Shown here: piece by piece, positions 35,431-49,217 of the stretch | Layout of the letters: every line of letters starts with the position of its first letter | Numbering within the stretch: position 1 is the first letter of the stretch | Assembly (NCBI GenBank): GCA_051294375.1 | Contig: CM119266.1 | Span: 12,499,705-12,563,704, forward strand | Source of the DNA: Paraspadella gotoi | Taxonomy: Eukaryota > Animalia > Chaetognatha | Reading direction: 5' to 3' | Length of the DNA: 64,000 bases | Translations under genes and position numbers: made by a program | The notes under the pieces: model-generated | What the model saw: the letters and a program-made list of their open reading frames with translations, nothing else | Told to the model about the DNA's origin: nothing | The model's database searches: none

Positions 35431-37236
35431 CGATGTGGCCCGCGTCCGCCCCGCGCCTCTACTCGCGCCCCCTGGTGACTCGTGTCCCACCGTCCCGCTC
35501 CCCCCCCCCAGCTGCTCGTCTCTCTCTCGTCTGCTCTCCTTCGTCTCTCGATCCTTTTCTCGTCTCTTCCTCTCTCTCTCTCGCAAAAAAAAGGGATTGC
35601 TCGAGTTAGAACCGCAATTATTTCTCTTCCAATCTTTCCATCCTTTGGGTTAGTTTCTCCACGCGGACAGTATTTTCTCGGAAATGGTCCAAATTCCTCT
35701 CTCTTTTTGCAATCTCTCTCTTTTCGACTCTTTCTCCGCTCCTCCTCGTCTTCTCTTCCCCTCCACCATCTTCCCCCCCTCCCGCTTTTAAAAATATTTC
35801 CTTTAACATCCTTCTTTTAAAAATTAAGATAATAATCAAGTGACGTCGCGAGAATCGAAGAGGATCGCGCGTCGACTAACGCCGAGTCTCAAAGCCTCGC
35901 GTCCCGTTTAATTCTCCTCGGCGATCGTTGACCCTCATTCTCTTCCCTCCCCCACCCACTCTTCTTCCACACCCCACAAATCGCGACGCGTGGCAGATCG
36001 ATGCGCGTGAAATCTTCCTTCCGCTACCCCTTTCCAGAGCCCCTCATCCTCGGCCCCTACTCTTCTTCTCGTTCCAGTTTCCGGAAGTCGTTTCCGGCTC
36101 AACGTATTTCGTCTGTCCTTCGCTAATTACCAAGTCGGGTTAATTTCGGCGTCCCACATATTCGGCGGCGACGCCGCCGGCGCTGGCGCTGCTGGGGGCG
36201 ACCGCCAGCCCCGTTGTCGACTTCGGCGACATATACGGCGATGGCGAAAAAGGCGGTGACCGATCGCGCCTCAACAGCGTCGGCAGCGGCTGCAGCGGCG
36301 GCGGGGCGGCGGCAGGCTTCGTTTCAATTTTCTCCTCCGTTCGGTAGGGGCGGCCCCTTCGTCTTACTTTATGGTGCCTTTTGTTTCGGTTTCCGGCGCC
36401 GGGGAAACGAAAAAATTTCGCCGGGCGCGATCGGACAGATTTGCTTTCTATTTACGATTTTTTAGCCACAGCGAGCAACATTCTCGGGCACGATTATGAT
36501 TTAGAAAGAAGATTTTTTAGTGGTTTAGCGAAATGGCTAACACTCACTTTGATAGCAAATTATTCTAAACTTTTAAAAATTCAAATCGATGAATGGTGGA
36601 TTTTATTTTATTGAGTATACTTTTTGAACATTCATATATATATATTTTTTTTTTTAGAAGCCATTTCCGAAACGTTGCTTCATCTTCCCCAGCTGAACGA
36701 AATTCCAAACACTCCTTACTAGTTGCAAGTCATACAGGATCAAAAAACAATTCCTAGAGAAACAAACAAAAGATAACAATTTCTCCGTCGCGCCATCTTT
36801 CGCCTTCCGCCGCCACCCCGCCGATTCAACGCGTCTCCCCGTCGAGGGCGAAAAAAAAAAAAGAAAAAATCGTGCGCAAACAAAAAAAAGGGAGAAACGT
36901 CTCTGGCGAATCGGTCCCACATAAAAACTAAGTGTCTAAACTTTAGGGACGTTTTTCTATTTTTTAAGGAAAAAAATGGAAACGCTGCACGAGCTGAGGA
37001 TGACGACGATGACGGCGACGACGACAGAGATGACGTTTGTGATGACAATAATGTCATAAACCTAGGAGAACGGCATCTCCTCACGAGGAAAGTGACAAAT
37101 GACAAGTGACAAGAAAAAAGGAGAACATATGGTCATAATGATTTTTTTTTATAATGATATCCATTACGGTTATCGTTAACCGGTGATAACAGAAAGCCAG
37201 TGACAGAGTGACAAAATAAATGGAGATACTAACGAC

Positions 37237-37274
<38 letters not shown>

Positions 37275-37378
37275 CGGCGAAGATAAAGTATTTTAAATAT
37301 AACGACGACGTCGGCGACGACGACGACTTCAACCGCGGCGCCGTCTTTCGTCTAATTTCTTCAGATTTATTTTTCTTC

Positions 37379-37392
37379 GTCGCCATGGAAAC
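37379..37392. promoter_or_regulatory. RFX X-box motif GTCGCCATGGAAAC
   Basis: Exact match to the X-box consensus; function untested. Confidence 0.45.
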
Positions 37393-38039
37393 GAAAACGT
37401 GCGGATGAAGAAACTTGGTTTTTTTTTTCTTTTCAATTGCAGCGAAAACAGAAATTGGTAGCGTTTTTGTCTTCGTTGAGTACCGCACCGCGATATATGC
37501 TTAATATATTGGTTGACGGTTGTACTATTAAAAAACAGTTTAAGTATTTTTTCTCTGACCAGTCAGGTTCTTAAATTACCCACCTCCATCGTTCGGTAAG
37601 TTCGACCTCGACAATTCCCCTTCGTTTGAGCGAGACGGCGACGACAACGACGACAACGACGACGATGATGATGATTATAATGGTTCCCTCGCATCGACGG
37701 GCGAGAGGCCGTTTTCGGCCGCCAGAGGGACAAATGGGAAAAATAAAGAACGGTTTTTTTCTCTCTCTTTTTTTTTAGGCTGCTCTTTTTTTCAGAGTAT
37801 CATTTATTTTTTTTTTTTTTGTTTTTTGGAATTGATTTTGATTTAATTTTCAGTTTTTAAATTTTTTAAAATCAAATTATAGCGAGAAAAGCTTTTGGTT
37901 GTAGTATTTTTAGGCTCGTATTACGATAATTCTGAAAAAAAAAACTGCTTCGATAAGAAAGGAATTTTTTTTAAATGGAAAAAGGGAAGAGAATTTCTTC
38001 CTTTCTAAAATGGAGACGAAAAGAGATTTTCCCCTTTTA

Positions 38040-38420
38040 AAATAGAAAATAGAGAAAGCATTTTCTCACTTCTTGCAAACGGAAAAAAGAAAGGGGATTT
38101 TCATTTTAAAACGAAAGAAAATAGGAAAATAGAGAAGACATTTTTTCCTTTTGAAACAAAAACAAAGGGGGATTCTCATAAACGCAAAAGAAATAGAGAA
38201 AATAGAGAAGGACATTTTTCCCTTTTGAAACAAAAAACAAAGGGGGATTTCTCATTTTTTTTAAACGGAAAGAAAATAGAAAATAGAGAGAAGACCATTT
38301 TCTCCTTTTTGAAACAAAAAAGGAAAGTGTGGGATTTCTCATTTAAAACGATAAGAAAATAGAAAATAGAGAAGACATTTTCTCCTTTTGAAACAAAAAA
38401 AAACCAAAGGGGATTTCTAT
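38040..38420. repeat. Degenerate ~75-85-bp tandem repeat, about 5 copies
   Basis: Recurrent gaaaatagagaagacatttt..ccttttgaaacaaaaa..aagggggatttctcattt units. Confidence 0.8.
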
Positions 38421-39171
38421 TTAAAACTGAAAGAAGGAAAAAAAAAAACTTATTTCTTTTTAAAAGGAAGAAAGAAAATGGCAGATTTCTCCTTTAAAAC
38501 TGGAAGAAGGAGAAATTTCCTAAATAGAAAAAAGAAAAGGAGAGATTGTAGTTCCCCCTTAAGAATAGAAGAAAAGGAAGATAAAATTTCTCATTTTACA
38601 GGAAGGAAGCATCGCGCATCGTTGGCGACATAAAGATCGAAACGAGAGAAGACGAGCTTGAATACGGCGACCCATTTGTCCTCTTTGTGAATTTCGATGA
38701 ACGATGGGGCGATGGGCGGGGAAAGAGGAACATCGCAACGCAAACAACAAGCAGACAAAACGAGTGAAGGTAATTTTAAATGGTTATTCTTTTACTTTTT
38801 CAACCTAACGAATTCTTAATTAGTTAGCTGCGTAAGTGCATTTTTCCGTTCTTTTATTATTTATTTAGGGATGTATAAATGTAAATTATTCCATTCCCAT
38901 TCCCAAAATGCAGTTATTAATATAATGATAAAGCTAAAAAAATTTAAGAATGCAAAATATATATATTATATTTATAGATTATAAATTAAAAAGCGCGTAA
39001 ATCTTTCATTAAAATATAAAAAATAAAAAAATAAAAAATTAGTGAAACAAGTAATTTGAAAAATTTTCATAATATTCTTTCGAATCACCAAACGCCATCT
39101 CATTTTTTCCCCACGACTATCATCTCTCTCTCTTCTTTGATCCTTTCTCTCTCTCTCTCTCTCTCCTCTCT

Positions 39172-39226
<55 letters not shown>

Positions 39227-40336
39227 GTTTCCGTCAACGGATTTTCTCATTAATCATCTCACCGGTTTATCTTTCGACTTCGCCTCCGTGAATGACAAGA
39301 GAGACGCTTTAAATCACCAGTGACGTCGCGCGGTGATGTCACCGACGACCCAGTTAGCGGTGAGTGATGCCTGGCGTGCGAATGCTGAGAGGTGAGACTT
39401 TTAAGGACAAAGGAATCTTTTTAATTTTTTTTGGTCGTGTTTTTTTTCAGGTTTAACATCACGCGCCTCCGCTTTTTTTCCGCGGATGCGCATGCGTTCT
39501 CGTTTTCTCTCTACTGATTTCGTTGGCAGCTGTCTTTAACTCTTCCCCGGCTCAATTTAATCATCCAGTTTTCTTTTTTCTACTTCCAATTTTCGTTTTC
39601 TAATCCGCGTCACACCGACCGATTTTTCTTGTTGTTTTGTTATTTTCTTAGTTGTTGTTGTTTTTTAATTACTTCCTACAAATAGTTATCTCAACTTGCA
39701 TCTCTCATCCTAATTAAAAACTTTTTTTTTAAATTAAGTTTTCGTTTTAATGCCACGATCGTTTATGATTATTGTTTTTATTTACAATCATTCCCTGTTT
39801 TGCTTTTGAGTTTTTCCAGATGATTAGTTTCTCTTTTTTTCCTTCTTTTTGCTTCATCCTCCGTAGAACGGTTTATAAATCATAAACAGAGATAATATTT
39901 TTTTCTGTTTAGTTTAGACTTCTGTTTAGACTTTACTGAATCAATTTTCTACTGCTACTAATGTCTATCTTCCTCTACTCTCTCTCTCTCTCCTCTCATC
40001 TCTCTTCCTCTCTCTCCTCTCGTCTCATCTATCCTGCTCCTCCCCTCTCTCGCTCTACTCTCGCCCCCCTCTCTCTCTGCTCTCCCAATTTTTTTTCTCA
40101 CATTTTTTTTCTCGTTCAATTTTCTCTATCGCTCTCAATCTCCCGATACATTTCCTCCGTCAACTTCGTCGTCGACTTCATCCTCGTGATTATCCTCGTC
40201 AGCATCTTCGAAATTGACGTCTTCGTCGTCGTCGTCGTCGTCATTGTCGTCGTCGTCTTTTTCATCGTCATAACCCCAAAAAAGAAAGGGAAGAGAATGT
40301 GTTTTCGTCGCTCGGGAGAAAGTGAGGGGATTAAGG

Positions 40337-40368
<32 letters not shown>

Positions 40369-41907
40369 AGGGAGAGGAATAAACGAAAATCCCAGGAGAA
40401 AACGAGGTAAGCGAATCGCAAAAACATTGGACCGACTTTGAGGTAAGAAAATCTTAAAAACGTAGAGTAGAAAAAAAATGTTGTTGCTCTTTTTTTGTGT
40501 TCCGTTAATGCAACAAAGTATAGCTAATACAAACTTTATAATCAGCCTTTCAAATCTGTGATAATAATCCTGTTCTCAAATTTATTTTACGGCTTTAATT
40601 GTTAAAAATTGTTTCCAAACTTGTTATTTTCTTACATTCTAGAGTATATATTACATTTAACCTCCCGCTTGACATGATCCTTACGATCAAAGAATTTATC
40701 CGTTAATCGCTCAAGCTAATTATTAACTTTGATTAGTCTACTATATGAAGAAACAGACCTATAACCGATGCCGCGTTAGTTCAAGGATAAAAGAGACGCA
40801 TCGAGCGGCCGTTACAGAGCAGCGAATTATTCATCGGCCCCGCGCCAACCGTTAATCATGAGCGACTTTCGATTAATTAATCCAGAGTTACTGCGTCACT
40901 GGCGACTCCGTGTGCGAGACAAGGCGTTGGAGAGTTTGCGCTGTCTTTATCGTTGAAAATCGAGTTTTTGTACAAAACGAAGAAGCGATAATGAAGAGTT
41001 TGAATTTTTGCGGATAATTTTGATTGTTAAGCGTTCGTAACATTTGACGGTGAGAAAGTTGAACTTGTAAGTTGGAACGCATAAATCTTTATCTGAATAT
41101 AGAATTATATCGAGTCAAATAATGAAATATAAGTCGCGAAAAGGTTTTCAAATATTTATAAATGAGGAACAGAAAAAAAAAATTGTAACCAGAACGGGCG
41201 AAACTTTTTTATAATTGATTGTGAAATAGGACTGAATCTTATTCTCCTTCACTCAGTAAATTTAGGGGCGATCAAAAACAAAATATTGGCGTCCGGGTCA
41301 AATACTAAAATAAATTTTAAAAAAACCGTTCCAATCGCGACTGAGCGTCACTAAAAGATAGATTTCGGACGGTCAGTCGATCCATTCGCGGGTCCGTTCA
41401 TCTCACGTAAACCCTAAAAAAAATATCCAGTATAATTTTGAAAAAGGAAAAAAGACAGTCTTACGACGGAATTTATAATAACCACCGCGCCACCGGCCGA
41501 GCGTGTCCTCTCTTCGCTCCCACCCGGCATGTAAAATAAAAAAATTAAATTAAGCTGCCTTGTTAATTGGCAACCGCTCTCCTCGCGCGCCCCCTCGCCC
41601 CCCTCCACCCCCCTGCCGATCACCGCCGCCATCACTTTCCCTTTTTTGATCCCAATGAGGAGAGAAGGGATTCCAGAGCAAATTTCCGCGATTCCGGCGC
41701 AAAGGGTGATTAACATGAAATTAACGTAAATTCCAGGAGCGGCGGCGAAGGCGGCGGTGGCGGCGGCGGTGGCGGTGGTAGCGGTGGCGGCTTTTTTGGG
41801 TCTCGATGACTTCGAGGAAATAATTTGTAATCTCAAAAGGATTCCTATGACGGAAGCTCTGTCGGCATTTTTTTTTTAACAGGTTTACACTTTCGACGAT
41901 TCTTTAG

Positions 41908-41982
41908 TTAATTTAATTTAATTTAATTTAATTTAATTTAATTTAATTTAATTTAATTTAATTTAATTAATTTAATTTAATT
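41908..41982. repeat. (TAATT)n pentanucleotide microsatellite
   Basis: Near-perfect run read directly. Confidence 0.9.
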
Positions 41983-42684
41983 TCTCGATTGTTTTTATAT
42001 TCTATGAAACTCTTTTATTTGTAGAATTCAGTCTTTACAGAAAAGTTTTGTTTAAATTTGGCATTTATTATTAATACAACAACGGCAATATCATTATGAC
42101 TTAAGAGTCTAACTTGTCATATTTTTTTGACTTTTTATTCTTTCTCTTCCGTTGTTCCTCTTTTACGTTGCCGTCTAATTTGTAACACGTCTATCATTTC
42201 ATACACTAATGTAAATTATGTAATGTCATACACATCCAAATTCCTTGATATCAACCTCTCGTTCGAGTCCTCGTCACCGCTAAACAAAACCCGAGTCTTT
42301 AAGGCTGCTTTTCATATTTCACCCAACTATTTAATCGTAAACAAATAGAACAAATATCGCTATTGTTTTCTTTTGGTTTAAACGGCGATTTCATTTCGGT
42401 ATATTATTTTTAAAAAGTTTCAAAAAATAAATCCATTTCCTCTCAAATACAGGAAATAGTCAATCTCGTAATCGAATTTCTCTTTCGGTCATTCGTGATA
42501 CGTCTACTAAAAAAAGGGGAAAATAGTTTTTTATTTTTTTTTAATCCTGGTGATGAATCACGTGACTTCTTATGACATCCTTTGACATCCTCTCCCTTTG
42601 ATGTCGCGTCCCTCTGTGACACTTTGGCTATGGGGTAGAAAGCGACGGGCGTGAAACGAAGGAAATAGAGCGGGAAAGAGAGAG

Positions 42685-42801
<117 letters not shown>

Positions 42802-45800
42802 AAGCGGCGATGCTGGAACCATTTCATCTTGAACTCGTTTGCGTCGGCCGTTGGCGGATGATGGGGCGAGAGATGGCGTCAAAAGTCTAGTAAATCTCCG
42901 CCACTTTTTGACTCTTGACGCGGATTGCGTCATACTTTCGAGGCACTTGCTCCTTTTTTGACTTTTTATTCATTCTTACATTCATTCATTTGTTCATTGA
43001 GACATTCATACATTTTTGTTTTCATTCATCCTTTAATTCATTCTTCCATTCATTCTCCTCTTCTCTCCATCCTCTTTTTTCCTTTCCCATTTCCTCGCCA
43101 GCGACATCTTTCGGATCTCCATACCGACGATTGTCGCCGGACAAAAGATCAACGTAAACATAAACAAATGTCGTTCCCTGAGGAAGGAAGCGGCGGGTGA
43201 AGAGGACAAAGGAAGACGACGACGACGACAACGACGACGACGGCGACGAAGACGACGACGGCGACGAAGACGACGACGACGAAGATAAGCCGAATTTTCC
43301 GTCTCTTGTCGTTTGATTCACAAACAGATTAATTTTTTTTTCGCTGATTCTTTTCGAATTTCCTTTCCCCTCTTCCTTCATCGTTTACCTATTCATTTTT
43401 TATATTTCCCTTATTGTTTAATTATATATATAATGGTGTTTAAATCTTTGACCGGGATTGACCTTCTTCAGTCGGAGTTTGTGGAATTTGTTATCATTCC
43501 CGTCGTCGTCGTCGTCGTCGTCCCTGTTTTCGTCTTATTTATCGTCGTCTTTGTCATTTTTCCAGTCTTGGCTATCCCACTTCCTTGTGATAAACTTCAT
43601 TTTAATGATATTTGTTGTCATTGTCTCGTGTTCGACATCGTTTTCATTCTGATTTATGCCTCCATACATTGTCTCTGCCTTTTTTCCCCGTTTTTTTCTT
43701 CTCTGTCTGTCTCGTCGTCGTCGTTGTCATCATCGTCGTCGTCGTCTTCCTCGTCGTCGTCGTCATCCTCGTCGTCGTCGTTATCGTCGTCGTATTTCTC
43801 GTGGATTTTCGAATTCGTCGAAGCGAAACGACGACCGAAGTTGAATTCATTATCCTGCGCGATTTTCCGGGCGAAACTCATCCTTCTGTCTTTCAATGAA
43901 GTCCCGCCGAGACTCGGGCCGATGTTCCGGCAGATTCTCGGGTAGAAAATCCGGATAATACTCCAGCTGATACGCCTTGCCCGAATTTCCAGCTGACGGA
44001 CTGATACTCTGCCATATTCTGTCTTCTGTCTTACGACAGTATGAATAAAAATATAATAGCGATCTAACTTTAGGCCGCATTGAATTTTAATGAAAGGCTA
44101 TATATATTAAATTATATATTTTTAATTCATAATTAACGATGGATGTATTACAATATCATATATTTTATCATCTATCCGATATTTTTTTTTCGAATGTCTA
44201 ATCTTTCTTTTTCTCTCCACTTAAATTTCTCATATTCGTCTTTCCCGGTCCCAATTTTTTTCCACCTGTCCCTTTTTCTNNNNNNNNNNNNNNNNNNNNN
44301 NNNNNNNNNNNNNNNNNNNNNNNNNNNNNNNNNNNNNNNNNNNNNNNNNNNNNNNNNNNNNNNNNNNNNNNNNNNNNNNNNNNNNNNNNNNNNNNNNNNN
44401 NNNNNNNNNNNNNNNNNNNNNNNNNNNNNNNNNNNNNNNNNNNNNNNNNNNNNNNNNNNNNNNNNNNNNNNNNNNNNNNNNNNNNNNNNNNNNNNNNNNN
44501 NNNNNNNNNNNNNNNNNNNNNNNNNNNNNNNNNNNNNNNNTTCTCTCTCTCCCACACTCTTTTAGTTTTCTACTACCACTTACTTATTTATCTTTATCTT
44601 TTTTATGTTGAATATTATTATTTTATATTATATTATTTATTATTTTAATTGTTATTATTATACGTTTTACCATGATATTATTTCACCTTGATTTTATTTA
44701 CCCATACATGTATATGTGTATATATGCATATATTAATTTTCGATTCTCTTAAAACGCCTCCATTCACCCACTCCGCTCCTTCTCATCATCAATCTCCCAA
44801 CCTCTCAACTCGCTTCTCTAAACTTCTTCATTTTACAATCATTTTTGCTTAGAAGTTTCTTCTTTCTTTTTCGGTGGGCGTGTCCCGACGCCGGACCCGC
44901 CCCCTAATGGGGCCACGCCTCCGCTCTTAAGCGTGGTCGCCGCCAACTTCACGAATATAATCTTCATTTGTAAATGATTACTCCATTTTTGTTCTGTTTT
45001 TCTGACGAAGTCTTACAATGTATGTTACATTTCAATTTCTAATTTTTGCTTCTTTCTTTTTTGGTAATCTCAGTTTTAATAATGACGAACAAAATGAGGC
45101 TAATAAATCAATAGAAATCAGAAAAATGAATGGAATCGAATCGCATAATTGTGGAATTCTTTTTTAAAGAGAAAAAGCTTTGGTTAATATTAGTAAAGAA
45201 AACAATATTGAAAAGTATTCCAAATAAGGTAAAGTTTTGGGACCGGCTTTTGAAGAGAGGGAGAAAAACAAGCGTTGGAATTTTTTGAAGAATTCGATTG
45301 GCGATTTTATTTTCTTTCTTACTTATATATATGTATGTATAATAATAATCAGGATCTCCACTTTGTCGTTATGTCATATCTTCCTGTCTGTTCTCCTGAT
45401 CGCTTTTACTCAACTCACTTCCTTTTCTCCTATCACTTCCACCTAAACTTCTCCAATCACCTCTCCTCCATCACCTCTCCTCCATCACTTCTACCCCATC
45501 ACAGACACGCGCCTTCAGTTCCACTTCATATTCGTCTCCACTTTTTCTTTTTCCTTTCAGCTTTTCTCTCTCCACTTCACCTCTGCCATCCGATTTCTCT
45601 TCTTCCATTTTTTTCCCTAATCGTCTTTAAGTCTCTCTCTCTTCTCTCTCTCTCTNNNNNNNNNNNNNNNNNNNNNNNNNNNNNNNNNNNNNNNNNNNNN
45701 NNNNNNNNNNNNNNNNNNNNNNNNNNNNNNNNNNNNNNNNNNNNNNNNNNNNNNNNNNNNNNNNNNNNNNNNNNNTTTTCGTTACAGTTTCATTACCTTT

Positions 45801-46347
45801 GCATTACCCTCACTTTTCCCATAACTCACCATGATTTCTATTATCTTCTTTCTTTGCGGCGTTTTATTTCTCGCTCGGAGTCGGATNNNNNNNNNNNNNN
45901 NNNNNNNNNNNNNNNNNNNNNNNNNNNNNNNNNNNNNNNNNNNNNNNNNNNNNNNNNNNNNNNNNNNNNNNNNNNNNNNNNNNNNNNNNNNNNNNNNNNN
46001 NNNNNNNNNNNNNNNNNNNNNNNNNNNNNNNNNNTGAGCACAATCAGCGCGACTGGTTATTTAACCAGTTATTAAGGGTTAAAAGATTCATTTCTATACT
46101 GTTTTGAGCATTTTTTAATTTCATATATCCTGAATATAGAATATTAAATAAATCTTTGCCATTTAGCTAATTTCGTGAAATGGTCACATATTAGGTAAAC
46201 TAATTAATACGTGAGTAGTCGCCGCAATATTAATATTGTATTAACAGCAATATCCATAATCTCTTGAGAGTGATCCATTTAGATATTTATTCAAGGTTGG
46301 GTGTAGATTTCCCTGAGCTCTGGAACAAGTGTCCTCTTTGTTGTCTC

Positions 46348-46467
<120 letters not shown>

Positions 46468-46803
46468 TCGTTTCTTCCCCATTATTCCTCCTTCTCTTTC
46501 TCATATCCTTTATTTTCCCCGGGAAAGAATTTCCTTTTCCTTACTTTCCTTTCTTCCGACTTTGACTCGAAACCTTACCTTTTTTTCTCTCTCTCTCTTC
46601 TTTTATTGCACTTATATTCCTCCCTTTCCTCCCCTGTTCTAGCATCCTCATCCTCCTCCCCCTCCTCTTCTTCCTCTCAATCCTCCTCCTCCTCTTCCTC
46701 TTCCTCCTCCTCCACGACGTCGGGCGCCGAGAATCAGTCCAGTCACTCCATCTTCTCTCGCGCCTTCCTCGGCCTCGTCTCCTTCGTAGCGTCGTCGTCC
46801 TCG

Positions 46804-46848
<45 letters not shown>

Positions 46849-49125
46849 TCTCGTCCCGTTCGACGATTACCCGGGAAAATTTCAAACTCGAAAAAAAAAA
46901 TTCTGTGCACACTTTTTAAAAATATATTCGAATTAAAAGGGAAAAAAAATTAAACCCATTTCGTATTCATGAAAAAAATTAACCAGACTATTACAGTTTG
47001 TTTTTTTTACTCTGGTCGAAACTTAATGTTGCGTAAAAGTACGAAAACAAAATCGATGGATATTTAAAAATAAAGAAATAAATAAAAGTAAACAGCGAAT
47101 ATATATTTCCGGCGTAAAGAAATTCTTTCGCGAAATGTTTTAATGCCTTTTTTGTTTTTCATTTTTTTTCTTAAATGTTTTTCCTTCTTTATTTTCTTCT
47201 TCTTCTTCTTCCGGGATTTTCACTCAGGAGTTACTGGCGCAAAAAAAAGGGTCCACCCAAACAAATCCGAAAACCGTTTAAAGCCNNNNNNNNNNNNNNN
47301 NNNNNNNNNNNNNNNNNNNNNNNNNNNNNNNNNNNNNNNNNNNNNNNNNNNNNNNNNNNNNNNNNNNNNNNNNNNNNNNNNNNNNNNNNNNNNNNNNNNN
47401 NNNNNNNNNNNNNNNNNNNNNNNNNNNNNNNNNNNNNNNNNNNNNNNNNNNNNNNNNNNNNNNNNNNNNNNNNNNNNNNNNNNNNNNNNNTGTTTACAGT
47501 GGAGATTATATACCCTACTATGAAAAAAAAGGGAGGAAATCGATTCTCTTCATACTGAATCTTTTTATCTCTCTCTCTCTCTCTCTCTNNNNNNNNNNNN
47601 NNNNNNNNNNNNNNNNNNNNNNNNNNNNNNNNNNNNNNNNNNNNNNNNNNNNNNNNNNNNNNNNNNNNNNNNNNNNNNNNNNNNNNNNNNNNNNNNNNNN
47701 NNNNNNNNNNNNNNNNNNNNNNNNNNNNNNNNNNNNNNNNNNNNNNNNNNNNGCCGCGGCTACGAATATCGGATTACAACGACTCAGTTTTTATGAAATA
47801 CAGTGAGAGCCGTGTTTTTGAAATCAACAAACGCCGGTGTTGTTTTTACCGTTCCCCTTTTTTTCTCGCGGTTGTCGTCGTTGTTGTCGTCGTTATTGTT
47901 GTTGTCGCGGCGAATTTTTCCCCTCTTTCCTTCTATTTTTACGCTCGTGCGCGAAATCTTGTCCAATCAGCGGTTTTGGGCAAATTTTTTTTTTTCTTTT
48001 TCTTATACGACAATTTTTATTTTTCATATTTCAGAACAAAAATAAACCACAATAACGGAATTGCGACGCTTTTTTCGTGACCAAAGGAGGATCTGTTTAC
48101 TAGTTTTTAATTTCTATTCTTTATTTTAATTCTAGTTTTTGATTTTATCTCATTCCATTTTATTGAATTGTTTTTTATTCTAGATTTTTTGAACAATCTA
48201 GCAGTTTTTGAGTTTTTTTGGGGGGGGTTTTTTTTTGGTTTTTTGACGCGAGCCGCGCAACTGGTTGGGAGATATAGAGAGAGAAAGATAGAGAGAGAGA
48301 GACAGAAACAGAGAGGGATAGGAGAGAGGGGGGAGAGAAAAAGAGAGATAGGGGAGAGAGATTGAGAGAGAGAGAAACNNNNNNNNNNNNNNNNNNNNNN
48401 NNNNNNNNNNNNNNNNNNNNNNNNNNNNNNNNNNNNNNNNNNNNNNNNNNNNNNNNNNNNNNNNNNNNNNNNNNNNNNNNNNNNNNNNNNNNNNNNNNNN
48501 NNNNNNNNNNNNNNNNNNNNNNNNNNNNNNNNNNNNNNNNNNNNNNNNNNNNNNNNNNNNNNNNNNNNNNNNNNNNNNNNNNNNNNNNNNNNNNNNNNNN
48601 NNNNNNNNNNNNNNNNNNNNNNNNNNNNNNNNNNNNNNNNNNNNNNGAGAGAGAGAGACAGAGACAGAAAGAGACAGAGAGAGACAGACTAATTTGATCA
48701 GAAAACCGTCTCGTCTCTCTGCCCGGGCGTCGGACGGGGCGACGGTCCAAACTGCGACGGTCGGGCTCTCCGCTCGAAAAACTTTCCTCCATAACTTTGT
48801 GCCCCTCTGTCTCGTTCTGTATCTGTCTCACTTTCTGTGTTTTTCCACAATTTCGGTCTCACTCCTAGGCTTTTCTCTTTCTTCTTTCTCCATTGAGCGT
48901 TTGCTTTTGTGACTCGGACTAATTTCATCGAAGATTAGCCTCATTCTTATCTCCTCTACTTTTTTTTTCCCGCCAAGTCTTCGATTGTTATTCCATCTCA
49001 TTCACGTGTCGTTCATTAGTTATTCATTTCTCTTCGATTCGCCTTCCTTCTTTCATTCACTCCTTCCATTCTTCCCACGATCCGTCCGAGTTCATTCAAT
49101 ATATACACGTCTAAGAATTTGTTAT

Positions 49126-49217
<92 letters not shown>

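Noticed and set aside
43313-43945. 210-aa hydrophobic ORF
   Set aside because: Built from T-rich low-complexity DNA and (GTC)n tracts, with a non-ATG start and no splice or domain support.
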